Assembly (NCBI GenBank): GCA_045863295.1
Contig: BTWA01000003.1
Coordinates: 192,001 to 256,000, forward strand
Direction of reading: 5' to 3'
Source: Candidatus Hydrogenedentota bacterium
Lineage (GTDB): Bacteria; Hydrogenedentota; Hydrogenedentia; Hydrogenedentales; SLHB01
Length of the DNA: 64,000 nucleotides
A program made the translations under genes and the position numbers. The notes below the pieces were generated by a model that made no database searches, was not told the origin of the DNA, and saw only the letters and a program-made list of their open reading frames with translations. Below, in pieces: positions 21,284 through 32,383 of the stretch (its first letter is position 1; each line of letters opens with the position of its first letter).

Positions 21284-23308
21284 TTACTTCACCCCCTCCG
21301 TCATGCCCGGCCAAGTATCTGTGCGGAACGGAGACGCCGGCAATCCCTCTGCATTAAACAGATTGCAGTCCGGATTCGCGGCCCACGCGTAACGCACGGC
21401 AGCCGGTTCCGCAACAGAATCGCTCCAAACCACCACGCTGTCGCCTTCGATGAGCGCGTTGGCCCAAACGAATTTCTTGTCCGCGCCCGCAATGCTAAAT
21501 CCGGTTAAAGAATCGCCCTTGGCGACAAGGCCGCCGCCTACGTGATCGAATTTCACGCGCACCTTGTTGCCCTCAATCGCGCTCTCGCGATACATCGGGC
21601 CGGAATAAATCAGATCCTCGCCATAGGCCACCTTGCGCGCCGCCAACGCCAGCCGCTTCCCCACGTCCTGCTTGTTCAACGGATGAATGTTCGCCGCATC
21701 GCCAATGTCAATGGTCACCGCCATGCCTGTATTCGGCTCGCGCAACGTCATCACTTGCGCTTCGCGCAATTCGGCCCACGCGTCCTCCGCCGGTTCGGGT
21801 TTGCGCTCGGTAAACGCAGCCAACTGCACAATCAAGAATGGGAAATCGCCCTGCCCCCAGCGCGCGCGCCAGTCGCGAATCATCAGGGGAAACAACGTTT
21901 GATATTGTTTCGCGCGGCCCGCGTTGCTCTCGCCCTGATACCAGATTGCTCCCTTCAATGTGTAGGGCGCAACCGCCGCGATCATGCCGTTATACAACAC
22001 GCCCGGCAGCCGGAAATTTTGCGCATTCAACTCCGGCGCCTGCGGACGCGGCTCGATCGAACTCAATTCCAACCCCGGCTTGCATTGCCACGGACCCGCC
22101 AGGCTGATGGGCATCGAGATCTCGTCCATCTTCAACCACATGTCCGTCGCTACGCCGCAAATGCCGCCGTTGTTCCCCATGTCATATACGCGCACCGCAA
22201 TTACGTTGCGCCCCGGCTTCACCACGGTTCCCGGCACGTCGTACACACGCGGCGCCGTCCAGCCGTCCGGCCTCTCGAATACGCCCACGAGTTCGCCGTT
22301 GAACCAGACGCGATCCATTTCATTGATCGTACCCAAGCCCACCTTCAACGGCTTGCCAGCCCATGAAGCCGGCACATCCACCACCTTGCGAAACCACATG
22401 AACCCGTCGAGATTGGGATACCCCGCCGTCTCCCAGTGGCACGGCAAATCCATCGGCGACCAATCGGCCGTGTCGAGCGTTTCCGCCGCCCACGCCGGTT
22501 TGCCGTCCACATAGCCCGCATCGTGGCTGTCCAACGACGCATACCAGTTTGTGATGCGCTCTTCGTATGCCTTCTGCTCCTGATCCGCGTTCGCGATGCG
22601 CGCGTCAAACGTCCGCATATACTCGGCGTAATCGGGGTGGGTCGCGATCGCCTCCTCGCTGACCCACGCTTCCGCCGGCGAAGCGCCTTTCGACGCATTA
22701 ATCAACCCGATCGGTACATCCAGATGCTCGTGCAATGCACGCCCAAAGAAATACCCCACCGCGGAAAACGGCAAGATGGTCTCCGGCGTGCACTCAACCC
22801 ATTCGCCTTTCGCCAATTCCGGCAACGGCTCAAAGCTTGTCCTGTACGGCGTCTGAAACAACCGGATGTTCGGGTACTTCGCCGCCGCCACTTCCGTTTC
22901 CGCGTTCAACACTCCCAGCGGACCCGGCCGCATGTTCATTTCCATGTTCGACTGCCCGGAACAGATCCACACATCACCCACAAGGACATTCTTGAACGTG
23001 GCCGTCTGCCCGCTCGTCACCGTCATCGTGTGCGGTCCGCCCGCCGGCATCGGCGCAAGTTCCGTAGACCACGATCCGTCGGCGTCCGCGTGCAACGTCA
23101 TTTCCTGCCCGTCCAGCGCCACCACCACTTTTGCCCCCGGCGTCGCCCACCCCCACACCTTGATCGGCATGTCCCGTTGCAAAACCATGTTGTCGGAAAA
23201 AACGCGCGGCATCCGGAGTTCGCCCGCAGCCGGCTCGCCCCCGTGCTGGCACCCAACGAACCCCAGACATACCATCAAAACAATGCTGACCGCCGATGAT
23301 CGATTCAT
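21284..23308 (-). CDS. Sialate O-acetylesterase (SASA) family lipoprotein with an inserted sugar-binding domain
   Basis: FSDNMVLQR, GDVWICSGQSNM, WYQGESN, QLA, DIGD..NIHP.NK; lipobox FVGC. Confidence 0.9.
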   Translation of the reverse strand: MNRSSAVSIVLMVCLGFVGCQHGGEPAAGELRMPRVFSDNMVLQRDMPIKVWGWATPGAKVVVALDGQEMTLHADADGSWSTELAPMPAGGPHTMTVTSGQTATFKNVLVGDVWICSGQSNMEMNMRPGPLGVLNAETEVAAAKYPNIRLFQTPYRTSFEPLPELAKGEWVECTPETILPFSAVGYFFGRALHEHLDVPIGLINASKGASPAEAWVSEEAIATHPDYAEYMRTFDARIANADQEQKAYEERITNWYASLDSHDAGYVDGKPAWAAETLDTADWSPMDLPCHWETAGYPNLDGFMWFRKVVDVPASWAGKPLKVGLGTINEMDRVWFNGELVGVFERPDGWTAPRVYDVPGTVVKPGRNVIAVRVYDMGNNGGICGVATDMWLKMDEISMPISLAGPWQCKPGLELSSIEPRPQAPELNAQNFRLPGVLYNGMIAAVAPYTLKGAIWYQGESNAGRAKQYQTLFPLMIRDWRARWGQGDFPFLIVQLAAFTERKPEPAEDAWAELREAQVMTLREPNTGMAVTIDIGDAANIHPLNKQDVGKRLALAARKVAYGEDLIYSGPMYRESAIEGNKVRVKFDHVGGGLVAKGDSLTGFSIAGADKKFVWANALIEGDSVVVWSDSVAEPAAVRYAWAANPDCNLFNAEGLPASPFRTDTWPGMTEGVK

Positions 23309-23418
23309 GATTCCACCCCCAACTGCATATACGCGGTTCAATAAACCACATGATAGTTGACGCAACCCAATGCGACAAGATTATTGGACAAAGCTCCAAC
23401 GTACTTTGGCCTGCCATT

Positions 23419-23632
23419 CTGGACTGCTGAAGCTTGCTTCAGCCTTGCCTGAGGGAGCTTGCTCCCGCGCGCATACCAAATACCGCACGTCAGAAAGGCC
23501 CCAAGCCGACAGTGCGCACACGCGTCGACCGACGCTGTAACCCACAGCCCAAGGCGTGCACGGAATGCGACGCCAGCAAGCTGGCTTATCCAAAGCGGAA
23601 GCAAGCTTCCGCACTCCACGGAGCTTGCTCCC
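23419..23632 (-). repeat. Divergent copy of the long GCTTGC-hairpin repeat
   Basis: GCTGAAGCTTGCTTCAGC, GGGAGCTTGCTCCC, GCCAGCAAGCTGGC, GCGGAAGCAAGCTTCCGCACTCC. Confidence 0.85.
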
Positions 23633-23700
23633 GCGTGCTCACCAAAGGCAGCCACGTTCGCGAAAATGCATCGGGCCAAAAACGCGCACGCGCCCCTTGC

Positions 23701-25161
23701 TCACTTTCCCTCCGCCGCCCACGCTTTCATCTGGGCAATGTTGCGTTCCAACACTGCCAGGTATTCCGCCTGTTTCTTCTGCGAGTCCTTGTACACCGCC
23801 ATGTCGGCATCGTATACCGCTTCGCTTTCCGCCGTCTGTCCGCGATCGTTGGTTTCCGCAATCCACGTGTCCAGAATCGTGCGCAATGCCAACAGTGTAT
23901 CCGCATGTTCAGAATTACCGGCGAGATTGTCCAACTCCCAGGGATCGGCTTCCCGATCGTACAATTCCTCTTCAGGGCGCGGCACTTGAAACAATCGTTC
24001 CGAAGGATGTCCCGCCAGCACGCCTTCCGCATGCAATTCCCGCAACCGGATCAGGATCGCCTTCGCATCCTTATACGCGTTTGGCTGCAAATGCGGTCGC
24101 CCCGGATAAAAGTTCCTGATGTATGTAAATCGCCCTTTCCGCACGCTGCGAATTCGCTCCACGGTCTCGTCGCACCGGTCCCGCGCCGAAATTACATACT
24201 CCCGCGCGCGCGCTTCCGGACCAAACAACGGACGGCTCTCCATGGACTGCGGAATCGGTATGCCCGCGAAATACATCGAGGTCGCCGCCATGTCGATATG
24301 TGCCACAAACTCGTCGCGCACCTCGCCCGAGGGAACCCGCCCCGGCCCCCACACCACAAACGGAATTCGCGCCCCCTCTTCATACAAGAACTGTTTGCCG
24401 CGCGCATGGCTGATACCGTGATCGGTAATGAATATCACTATGGTGTTCGCCGCATGACCCGATGCCTCAAGCCCCTGCAGGATCGCGCCCACTTCCGAAT
24501 CCACCTGTTGCACGGCATTCAAATACTCTGCCCAATCCTGTCGCATCACGGGATCGTCGGGGTAATACGGCGGCAGCACCACCGTTGCCGGCTCCACCGG
24601 ATGCTCCGGCTTCGCCGCGCGAAATTTGCCTCCGCGCAACTGAAACTGTGCGAAGAACGGTTGCCCCGGCGCGGCCCCCGCGTAATGCGTCCCATCGTAC
24701 AAATCATCGGGATACGTGAAATTGTAATCCGTCTTGCCCGCACCCTTGCCGTCCGGCCCGCTCCCATTGCACACGTAATACCCGGCATCCTTGAAATACG
24801 CCGGCACAGTGCGGACCGGCGCAGGCAAATCGTGCGTGATCGCTCCGCGAAAACTCCGGTGGTTGTGCGCCCCAATCGATGTCTGATACATCCCCGTGAT
24901 CATCGCCGAACGGCTCGGCGAGCACACCGGACACGTCGTGTACGCCGCGCGGAACGCCGTCCCCTCCCGCGCCAACCGATCCACGTGCGGCGTTTGGATC
25001 AACGTCTCCCCCTGATACCCAAAGTGGCAGGACATGTCCTCCGCCACGATCCAGACGATATTCGGCCGTGCATTCTCCTCCGCGACGCCCCGCGCCCCCG
25101 CCAGCATCAGCGAAACCGCGCCCGCCCCGCCCGCCTTCAAAAATGCCCGTCTGCGCATCAT
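23701..25161 (-). CDS. Sulfatase (formylglycine-dependent, Cys type), Tat-exported
   Basis: RRRAFLK twin-arginine signal; [28 protein letters not shown]. Confidence 0.93.
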   Translation of the reverse strand: MMRRRAFLKAGGAGAVSLMLAGARGVAEENARPNIVWIVAEDMSCHFGYQGETLIQTPHVDRLAREGTAFRAAYTTCPVCSPSRSAMITGMYQTSIGAHNHRSFRGAITHDLPAPVRTVPAYFKDAGYYVCNGSGPDGKGAGKTDYNFTYPDDLYDGTHYAGAAPGQPFFAQFQLRGGKFRAAKPEHPVEPATVVLPPYYPDDPVMRQDWAEYLNAVQQVDSEVGAILQGLEASGHAANTIVIFITDHGISHARGKQFLYEEGARIPFVVWGPGRVPSGEVRDEFVAHIDMAATSMYFAGIPIPQSMESRPLFGPEARAREYVISARDRCDETVERIRSVRKGRFTYIRNFYPGRPHLQPNAYKDAKAILIRLRELHAEGVLAGHPSERLFQVPRPEEELYDREADPWELDNLAGNSEHADTLLALRTILDTWIAETNDRGQTAESEAVYDADMAVYKDSQKKQAEYLAVLERNIAQMKAWAAEGK

Positions 25162-25378
25162 CGATAACGCTCCCTCGCAATAAGGCCCCATCCCGCTGGA
25201 ATGTGACTCAACATCCCTTACTAAACCCAGTCCAATCGCGTGAACCAACGATACTGCACCCCAACCGCAATACCAAAACCGCGGCCGGACCTCCGGTTGC
25301 CCCGGTCCCCGGTTTTCCCTATGATGTCCTGCTTACCGGTTTGGCTGTGGATCGGGCAAAATCAACACCAGGGGAATC

Positions 25379-28300
25379 ATGGGCATGGGCAAGGGATTGT
25401 TTCGTCTTGGGTGGGTGTGGATGCTGGCGGTGTGCGCCCTGGGCGCGAACGCCGCGGATGAAGGTTACACGCCGCTGTTCAACGGCAAGGACCTGACCGG
25501 CTGGTCGGGGGACCCGAAATTGTGGTCTGTGAAGGACGGCGCCATTGTCGGTTCCACTGACGGCGTCAAGATAGAACACAACACGTTTCTGTCCCACGAG
25601 AAGAAGTTTGCCGACTTCATCCTGCGTGCGAAAGTGAAGCTGCGCAATCACAACAGCGGAATCCAGTTCCGCAGCGAGCAGCACCCGGACTACGTCGTGG
25701 CGGGATATCAGGCCGACGTGGCGGAACAGACCTATTTCGGCCTGCTCTACGAGGAAAAGAAGCGGGGCATCCTCCCCTACTGGAACGAGAAGACGCAGGA
25801 AGAGCGCGACGCCATCCAGGCCCTCGTCCACAAGGGCGATTGGAACGACTACGAGATCCGGTGCGAAGGCGATCACGTCGTCATGACGCTGAACGGCACC
25901 GTGGTCTGCGATCTCATCGACCCCGAAGGTGCGAAGGAAGGCATCATCGCGCTGCAACTGCACGCCGGCCCGGAAATGCAGGTGGCCTACAAGGACATCG
26001 AAATCATGGAATTGCCCAAAAAGGACAACGCCCTCGTCCTCCCCGATTTCGACGCCACCCGATCGGAACGCCTTGAAGTGGCGGGCGCGAAGATTCGCGT
26101 GCCTCAGGGGTTTTCCGTGGAAGAAGTCGCCACCCATGAGTTGATTGGTTCGGTTATCAACATGACGTTTGATCACCTCGGCCGCCCGGTGGTCGCGGCG
26201 GAAGGCCAGGGCATCCGCATTTTGCTGGACGAAAACAACGACGGCGTGTATGACGCCCAGAAAAGCTTCACCGAACGGGTATCCACCGCGATGGGGCTCT
26301 GCTTCATCGCCCCGGGCGATCTGCTCGTGCAGGCGCGCATCGCGAAAGGCGATCCGCTCGTCGCCACGATGGGCGGCGAGGAAGTCTCCGGCTTGTACCG
26401 GCTGCGAGATACAAACGGCGACGATGAGGCCGACGAAGTAACGTTGCTCGTACCCTCGAACGGCGGCATGGGTGAACATGGCCCGCACGCCATCAACATC
26501 GGCCCCGACGGCTCCTATTACATCATCTACGGCAACCACGCGCATCCCGCCAAGGAACTCGACCCGGAATCCCCGCTGCGCAACACCCAGGAAGACCACC
26601 TGTTGCCGCTGTACGTCGATCCGCGCGGACACGCCACCACCATCAAGGCCCCAGGCGGCACCATTCATCGCCTCTCGCCCGATTTCAAATCGATGAGCCA
26701 GCTGCTCGGCGGGTTCCGCAATGCCTACGACTTCTCCATGGACGCCATGGGCGAAATGTTCACCTTTGATTCCGATATGGAATGGGATATTGGACAGCCG
26801 TGGTTCCGCCCTGTTCGTGTCATTCACGCCGTACCCTCGGCGGACTACGGCTGGCGCACCGGCTCCAGCAAAATGCCGCCCTACTACATCGACACCCTGC
26901 CCGCCATGGACGACGTCGGTCGAGGGTCGCCCGTGGGCACGGTCATCTACGACCACCACGTATACCCCGGAGCCTTCCGGGGTGCTTTTTTTATGGGCGA
27001 CTGGTCGCGCGGCCGCATCCGCGTGGTCTTCCCTAAACGCGCCGGCGCCACGTATGAAGGCAAGGCGCAGGATTTCGTGTTGGGAGAACCGCTCAACGTG
27101 ACCGACGTGGATGTCGCGCCCGACGGCTTCTTGTATTACACGGTCGGCGGACGCCAAACCCACGGCGGGCTGTTCCGCGTGCGGTACAACGGCGCGGCCA
27201 CCGGTCTGCACGGCGCCGGCGTCTCGCAGCCCATGCCACGCTCGGCGTGGGGCCGCTACGCCATCGAACAGGACAAGGCCAAGCAGGGCGACGCGTGGGG
27301 CGGTAATCTCGCGGCCTTCGCGAAAAATACGCAAACCGATGGCGCGTTGCGGGCACGCGCGCTGGAGTTGCTCCACGTGCACAACGCAGGCACGAAAGAA
27401 GACCGGATTGAATTACTGACCGCCGCAGCCGCCGATCCCTCGGCCGAGGTGCGTGCCATGGCCGTGTTTCTGCTCGGCGCGTACGATTCCGAAAGCGTCA
27501 AGCCCGCGTTGATTTCTGCGCTGAAGGATTCGGATCCGTTCGTGGCGCGACGGGCGTGCGACGCGATCATGCGCGTGGGCGCGGAAACGGGCGCCGTGGA
27601 CCCGCTGATGGCGCTGATGAATCACGAAGACCGCTTCCTACGGTACGCCGCGCGCCAGACGTTGGCCCGCGCACCGAGGGAAGCGTGGGCCAGCGCCGTG
27701 TTGAACGCCGCGGAACCGGACAAACAACAATTCCTGCTCGAAGGGCTGCTCGCGCTGATTCACACGGCGCAGACGCCCGCCGATTTCGACGCTATCTTCG
27801 CCAAATTGGAGTCGCTCGCGTCAACCACGATGAGCGATCCGGCCAGACTCGATTATTTGCGACTCATTCAACTCGCGTTCCTGCGCGATGCTTCGCAAGC
27901 CCCGCGCGATTCATTCAAGCAGGCCGTCGGCACGGCGCTGCTGGCTACGTTTCCTGCTTCAGGCGTGAACGTTAATCGCGAACTGCAGGTCGTGTTGGCC
28001 CACATGCAAACGCCCGGCGCGGCGGAAAAAATGCTCGCCTATCTCACACCGGACAAGTCGCAACAGGAACAGATTCACACCGTCTATTGCCTGCGCGCGA
28101 TTAAATCGGGGTGGACCCGCGAACAGCGCGATCAACTCGTCGCCTGGTTCGATCGCGGCCGCACCATGACTGGCGGCGCGAGCTTCGAAGGCTTCATCAA
28201 CAACCTTTGGAATTCCTCCCTGGAACTCCTCCCGGAAGACGAAAAACAACTCGCGGAAGCGCGCAAGGCCGAAGCCCTGCAAAAACAGGCCGAAGCGAAC

Positions 28301-28858
28301 ATCGCGCTGATGGCCGCCCTCGAAAACGAAGCCCCGGCCGGCCGAACCGACCTCGCGCAAATGAGCTACGACGAAATGGCGGAGTACCTCGAGTACGATC
28401 CCATGGCCTATAGAAATCCCAATCTGGAAAAAGGCCAGCGCGTGTTCATGCGGGCCCGTTGCATGAACTGCCACGTGTTCGGGACCATCGGCAAAGGCGG
28501 CGGCCCCGATCTCTCCACGGTCGTGAGCCGTTTCCGCCGCCGCGACATCCTCGAAGCCATCATGTATCCGTCCAAGGTCGTCTCGGATCAATACACGGGC
28601 GTGGAATTGGATCTCGACGATTTCTCCACGGTCACCGGTATGGTGCTCACGGAAAATGACGATACTCTTACGGTGATTACGGTGGACGGCGTGCGGCAGG
28701 ACATCCCCAAGAAAAGCATCGCCGAACGGCGCGCCGCTACGCAATCCGTCATGCCCGAAGGATTGCTCAACACCATGAGCATGGACGACCTCGTGTCGCT
28801 CGTGAATTTCCTGGAAAAAGGCGCTGACATGCCGCCGGCCCAAACCGCCGCAAAATAA
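25379..28858 (+). CDS. DUF1080 domain fused to a PVC-type membrane-bound dehydrogenase (beta-propeller, HEAT repeats, cytochrome c)
   Basis: LFNGKDLTGW, NSGIQFRS, IALQLHAG; EHGPH, GFRNAYD, DSDMEWD; CMNCH heme motif, GPDLS, SVMPEGL. Confidence 0.88.
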   Translation: MGMGKGLFRLGWVWMLAVCALGANAADEGYTPLFNGKDLTGWSGDPKLWSVKDGAIVGSTDGVKIEHNTFLSHEKKFADFILRAKVKLRNHNSGIQFRSEQHPDYVVAGYQADVAEQTYFGLLYEEKKRGILPYWNEKTQEERDAIQALVHKGDWNDYEIRCEGDHVVMTLNGTVVCDLIDPEGAKEGIIALQLHAGPEMQVAYKDIEIMELPKKDNALVLPDFDATRSERLEVAGAKIRVPQGFSVEEVATHELIGSVINMTFDHLGRPVVAAEGQGIRILLDENNDGVYDAQKSFTERVSTAMGLCFIAPGDLLVQARIAKGDPLVATMGGEEVSGLYRLRDTNGDDEADEVTLLVPSNGGMGEHGPHAINIGPDGSYYIIYGNHAHPAKELDPESPLRNTQEDHLLPLYVDPRGHATTIKAPGGTIHRLSPDFKSMSQLLGGFRNAYDFSMDAMGEMFTFDSDMEWDIGQPWFRPVRVIHAVPSADYGWRTGSSKMPPYYIDTLPAMDDVGRGSPVGTVIYDHHVYPGAFRGAFFMGDWSRGRIRVVFPKRAGATYEGKAQDFVLGEPLNVTDVDVAPDGFLYYTVGGRQTHGGLFRVRYNGAATGLHGAGVSQPMPRSAWGRYAIEQDKAKQGDAWGGNLAAFAKNTQTDGALRARALELLHVHNAGTKEDRIELLTAAAADPSAEVRAMAVFLLGAYDSESVKPALISALKDSDPFVARRACDAIMRVGAETGAVDPLMALMNHEDRFLRYAARQTLARAPREAWASAVLNAAEPDKQQFLLEGLLALIHTAQTPADFDAIFAKLESLASTTMSDPARLDYLRLIQLAFLRDASQAPRDSFKQAVGTALLATFPASGVNVNRELQVVLAHMQTPGAAEKMLAYLTPDKSQQEQIHTVYCLRAIKSGWTREQRDQLVAWFDRGRTMTGGASFEGFINNLWNSSLELLPEDEKQLAEARKAEALQKQAEANIALMAALENEAPAGRTDLAQMSYDEMAEYLEYDPMAYRNPNLEKGQRVFMRARCMNCHVFGTIGKGGGPDLSTVVSRFRRRDILEAIMYPSKVVSDQYTGVELDLDDFSTVTGMVLTENDDTLTVITVDGVRQDIPKKSIAERRAATQSVMPEGLLNTMSMDDLVSLVNFLEKGADMPPAQTAAK

Positions 28859-28880
28859 ATGCGGCACAGTGCGGCACGCG

Positions 28881-29399
28881 TTAACGCGCGGCGGGTACGT
28901 CCGCGGGGATGGGCATGAGATCCTTCGCCATGCTGACTTCCAGCGTGGCGTAGCCGAGCTTGGCATACAACGCCAGCGCCGCCCGGTTGTAGCCGGATAC
29001 GTGAAACGCAACGCGATCGAGTCCCAGCTCGTGCGCGCGCGCCTCAAACGCCTGCAACGCGTGCGTGGCATAACTCTGCCGCCGGTACGGCTCGTAGATC
29101 AGCAGGTAATGAAGACGAGCCTCGGGCGTGGGTTTCATTTCCTGTGACTCGAACCAGATACCGCCAATCCGGGATCCGGTAATCTCGTCCAGCACGGAAA
29201 GGAGATGATGGTTTGGCGTGTCCAGCCCCATCGGAAGGAGATCGCGAAAACTCTGAACAGCCAGATAAACCGCTTCACACGGATGCCACAACCCCGCGCG
29301 CACCTTCTCGCGAGCATGAGAAGAAACGACTTGGTCGCGGAATTGAGCAAACTCCTCCTGAAGCATCGGCGCCAATTCGACCACGACGGATTCCTTCAC
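28881..29399 (-). CDS. GNAT family N-acetyltransferase
   Basis: YRRQSYAT, N.AALALYAKLGY. Confidence 0.85.
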   Translation of the reverse strand: MKESVVVELAPMLQEEFAQFRDQVVSSHAREKVRAGLWHPCEAVYLAVQSFRDLLPMGLDTPNHHLLSVLDEITGSRIGGIWFESQEMKPTPEARLHYLLIYEPYRRQSYATHALQAFEARAHELGLDRVAFHVSGYNRAALALYAKLGYATLEVSMAKDLMPIPADVPAAR

Positions 29400-29611
29400 C
29401 AGAGCGCGACCGCGAGCCAACCACGGCGGCAAGACCGTGACCTCCCATCGCCCCGATTTCGGCGCGGTGAAAACAGAATCCTCGCCCCGAGGAGGTCTGG
29501 TTCACCGCAAACTGAGCAACCTTATCAATTATACCCATTTTCCACCCGAAATGCGCAATATATGAGCAATGCAGAAACAAAATTCTGCAAACCATTGAAT
29601 TTAAACCGGTT

Positions 29612-29648
29612 ACAAACAAGGCGGGCCATCGCACGCGATGGCCCGCCC
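29612..29648 (-). terminator. Terminator of the sugar operon
   Basis: GGCGGGCCATCGC-GT-GCGATGGCCCGCC followed by TTGTTTGT on the minus strand. Confidence 0.65.
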
Positions 29649-29679
29649 AAAGATATCAACAGCAGATTGTTGACAAAAA

Positions 29680-30822
29680 CTACGCGTGAACCTTCTCCCA
29701 AGACCCCGTTTCAGCGGACTTCAACACCGCGTCGCACACATACTGCGTCTCCAACGCATCCCGGAACGTGGGAGACGTGGATTGACCCTTCGCGGCGTTC
29801 TCCAGAAAGTCCGCCACCTGATGCACAAAGGTATGTTCGTAACCGATTTGCAGCCCCGGTACCCACCACTTTCCCATATACGGGTGATCGCCATCGGTGA
29901 TGTGAATGGACCGCCAACCGCGGACCTTGGACTCGTCCCGGTGGTCGAACCAATTGAGCCGGTGCAGGTCGTGCAGGTCCCATTGAATGGAAGCATGTTC
30001 GCCGTTGATCTCGAACGTGTACAGCGCCTTGTGTCCCCGCGCATAGCGCGTCGATTCAAAGGTCGCCAACGAACCGTTCTTGAAGTGAGCCAGAAACGCG
30101 CATGCATCGTCGATCTTGACGGCCTGGCTTTTGCCGGTCGCGGTGTGAACCCGTTCCTTGATAAACGTTTCCGTCATGGCCGTCACGTCCGCCATGGATC
30201 CGTTCAGCCAGAGGGCCGTGTCGATGCAGTGCGCCAGCAAGTCGCCGGTTACGCCGCTGCCCGCGGCCGCCGCATCCAGACGCCACAGGCCTTGGCCGCC
30301 TTGCGGCAACTCGGCGGAAATGGTCCAGTCCTGCAGGAACACCGCGCGGTAGTGGAAGATGCGGCCAAGCCGGCCCTCGTCGATGAGTTGCTTGGCCATG
30401 GTGACAGCCGGTACGCGGCGGTAGTTGTACCACACCGTGTTGAGCACCCCGGCCTTCTCCACGGCGGCGCACATTGCCTCGCCTTCGGCAGCGTTCATGG
30501 CGAGCGGCTTTTCGCACAGGATCATCTTGCCCGCTTCGGCGGCGGCAATGGCAATTTCCTTGTGCAAGTTGTTGGGCACGCAGATATCAACCGCATCGAT
30601 ATCCTTGCGCGCAATCAATTTGCGCCAGTCGGTTTCCGTGGTTTCATAGCCCCACGTATCCGCGAATGCCTTGAGTTGTTCTTCATTGCGCGCGCAAGCC
30701 GCTTTCAAGACCGGCTGGTATTCCAGGTCAAAAAAGTTGCTCACCTTTCGAAAGCCGTTCGAATGCGCCCGGCCCATGAAGCCGTAGCCAATCATGCCGA
30801 TATTCAATTTCTTCTTCGCCAT
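29680..30822 (-). CDS. Gfo/Idh/MocA family oxidoreductase
   Basis: IGYGFMG, CEKPLA, GDLLAH. Confidence 0.93.
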   Translation of the reverse strand: MAKKKLNIGMIGYGFMGRAHSNGFRKVSNFFDLEYQPVLKAACARNEEQLKAFADTWGYETTETDWRKLIARKDIDAVDICVPNNLHKEIAIAAAEAGKMILCEKPLAMNAAEGEAMCAAVEKAGVLNTVWYNYRRVPAVTMAKQLIDEGRLGRIFHYRAVFLQDWTISAELPQGGQGLWRLDAAAAGSGVTGDLLAHCIDTALWLNGSMADVTAMTETFIKERVHTATGKSQAVKIDDACAFLAHFKNGSLATFESTRYARGHKALYTFEINGEHASIQWDLHDLHRLNWFDHRDESKVRGWRSIHITDGDHPYMGKWWVPGLQIGYEHTFVHQVADFLENAAKGQSTSPTFRDALETQYVCDAVLKSAETGSWEKVHA

Positions 30823-30835
30823 ATCCCCTCCTTAG

Positions 30836-30866
30836 TTAACCGCAGATGTCGCAGATGAGCGCAGAT
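30836..30866 (+). repeat. Left inverted repeat of the GxxExxY cassette
   Basis: TTAACCGCAGATGTCGCAGATGAGCGCAGAT. Confidence 0.85.
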
Positions 30867-30873
30867 ATCCGGA

Positions 30874-31251
30874 TCAGTAATTCAGTACGACCCGCTTGAA
30901 CTCAAGACGATCCTTTCCAAAATTCAATATTAGGCCTCGCCTCAAGCCGGTCGATCGCAGGTAGTTGATCACTTGCGCCATATGCTCAGGCAGAATTGCC
31001 TTGCAGACTTTGAGTTCAACTACGACCGCTTCAAAACAGACAAAATCTGCTACATAGTGTTTCTTTAGAGGAACACCTTTGTATTGCAGGCGAATCTCAT
31101 TTTCGCGCAAATACGGAATGCCTTGCATCGTCAACTCGATTTCGAAGCACTCCTGATACACTGGCTCCAGAAATCCCATCCCCTTTTCGTTGTGGACTTC
31201 CATCCCCGCGCCTATGAGCCGGTGCGTTTCTGGATCTCGTTCATCGTCCAC
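30874..31251 (-). CDS. GxxExxY protein (PD-(D/E)XK nuclease-like fold)
   Basis: EVH..GMGFLEPVYQ, ADF, VVELK, AQVINYL, GLILNFG. Confidence 0.92.
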   Translation of the reverse strand: MDDERDPETHRLIGAGMEVHNEKGMGFLEPVYQECFEIELTMQGIPYLRENEIRLQYKGVPLKKHYVADFVCFEAVVVELKVCKAILPEHMAQVINYLRSTGLRRGLILNFGKDRLEFKRVVLNY

Positions 31252-31295
31252 TTGGCAATCTCCCCATGCCACGAAAAGTATTTTTGGTTTCCTTC

Positions 31296-31326
31296 ATCTG
31301 CGTCCATCTGCGACATCTGCGGCTAA
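31296..31326 (-). repeat. Right inverted repeat of the GxxExxY cassette
   Basis: Reverse complement TTAGCCGCAGATGTCGCAGATGGACGCAGAT, three mismatches to the left copy. Confidence 0.85.
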
Positions 31327-31336
31327 GCTTGATTTT

Positions 31337-32383
31337 CTACCAGCCGTGGGCGTTGCGGACTTTCACCATGACGCCCAGGATATCGTTCCAAGTTTGCTGT
31401 TTCATCATGGTTGCGTTGGGGAACATGCAGCCGTCCCAGCAAATGTGCTGGAAAGCCTTGGTCGGTTGACCGTCCGCGCCGCGCATCCAGAAGCCCGCGT
31501 GTTTCACGATGTCGAGTTTGCCGTTGGGATCGTTGGGCAGGCAGTGCCGGCCCGTCTTGTCGTGCGATCCCGACCCGAACACGGTTGCGTCGTTTTGCGC
31601 GATGTGGAAATCGATGGTCCACGGCCGCAACGCATCCGTGAGCGTTTTCAACGCGGCATCGAGCACGCCTTGATCTTTCCAGTCGTATCCCGCAGGCAGG
31701 ATGGCGTCTTTCTCCGCGTTGGCACCCAGCGTGTAGAGCAGCGTATGCGCCATATCGGCCTGGAACCCCAACGTCTTGGGCCGATCCACCAACTCAAGAA
31801 GCTTGATCATCTCCTTCCACGAATGCATGCCGCCCCAACAAATCTCGCCTTCCGCGGCCAGCCGCTCGCCATAGCCTTCGGCCACGTCGCACGCTTCGCG
31901 GAACGTGTTGGCGATCGTGCGCGTGCCTTCCGCCGGGTTCGCATCCCAGTCACCCACGCCACAGGCGGAGTCGATGCGGATCACGCCGTAGGGACGCGCG
32001 CCGAGTTCGCGCAGTTGCTTTCCGATGCCGCAGGCCTTGCGCACCTGCGTGACGAATTGCTTCCGCTCATCGTCGCTGCCCATGGTGGATCCGCCGCCCG
32101 TCGGTGGCCACACCGGCGCAACGAGCGAACCAATGGCCAAGCCTTTCGCCTTGAACGTATCGGCCAGCTTCTTTATCGCATCGGCATCGGAATCAATGCT
32201 GATGTGCGGGTCCGACAAAAACAGGTCCATGCCGTCGAACTTCACGCCATCCACCTCCGCGGCGGCGGTCAGTTCGATCATCTTGTCCAGCCCAATGGGT
32301 GGCTCCGAATCATCCCCCTTGCCCACAAGCCCCGGCCACGCGGCGTTGTGGAGTTTCGGATACGCGTTCTTCGATGGACTCAT
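31337..32383 (-). CDS. Sugar phosphate isomerase/epimerase (xylose isomerase-like TIM barrel)
   Basis: [36 protein letters not shown]. Confidence 0.85.
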   Translation of the reverse strand: MSPSKNAYPKLHNAAWPGLVGKGDDSEPPIGLDKMIELTAAAEVDGVKFDGMDLFLSDPHISIDSDADAIKKLADTFKAKGLAIGSLVAPVWPPTGGGSTMGSDDERKQFVTQVRKACGIGKQLRELGARPYGVIRIDSACGVGDWDANPAEGTRTIANTFREACDVAEGYGERLAAEGEICWGGMHSWKEMIKLLELVDRPKTLGFQADMAHTLLYTLGANAEKDAILPAGYDWKDQGVLDAALKTLTDALRPWTIDFHIAQNDATVFGSGSHDKTGRHCLPNDPNGKLDIVKHAGFWMRGADGQPTKAFQHICWDGCMFPNATMMKQQTWNDILGVMVKVRNAHGW

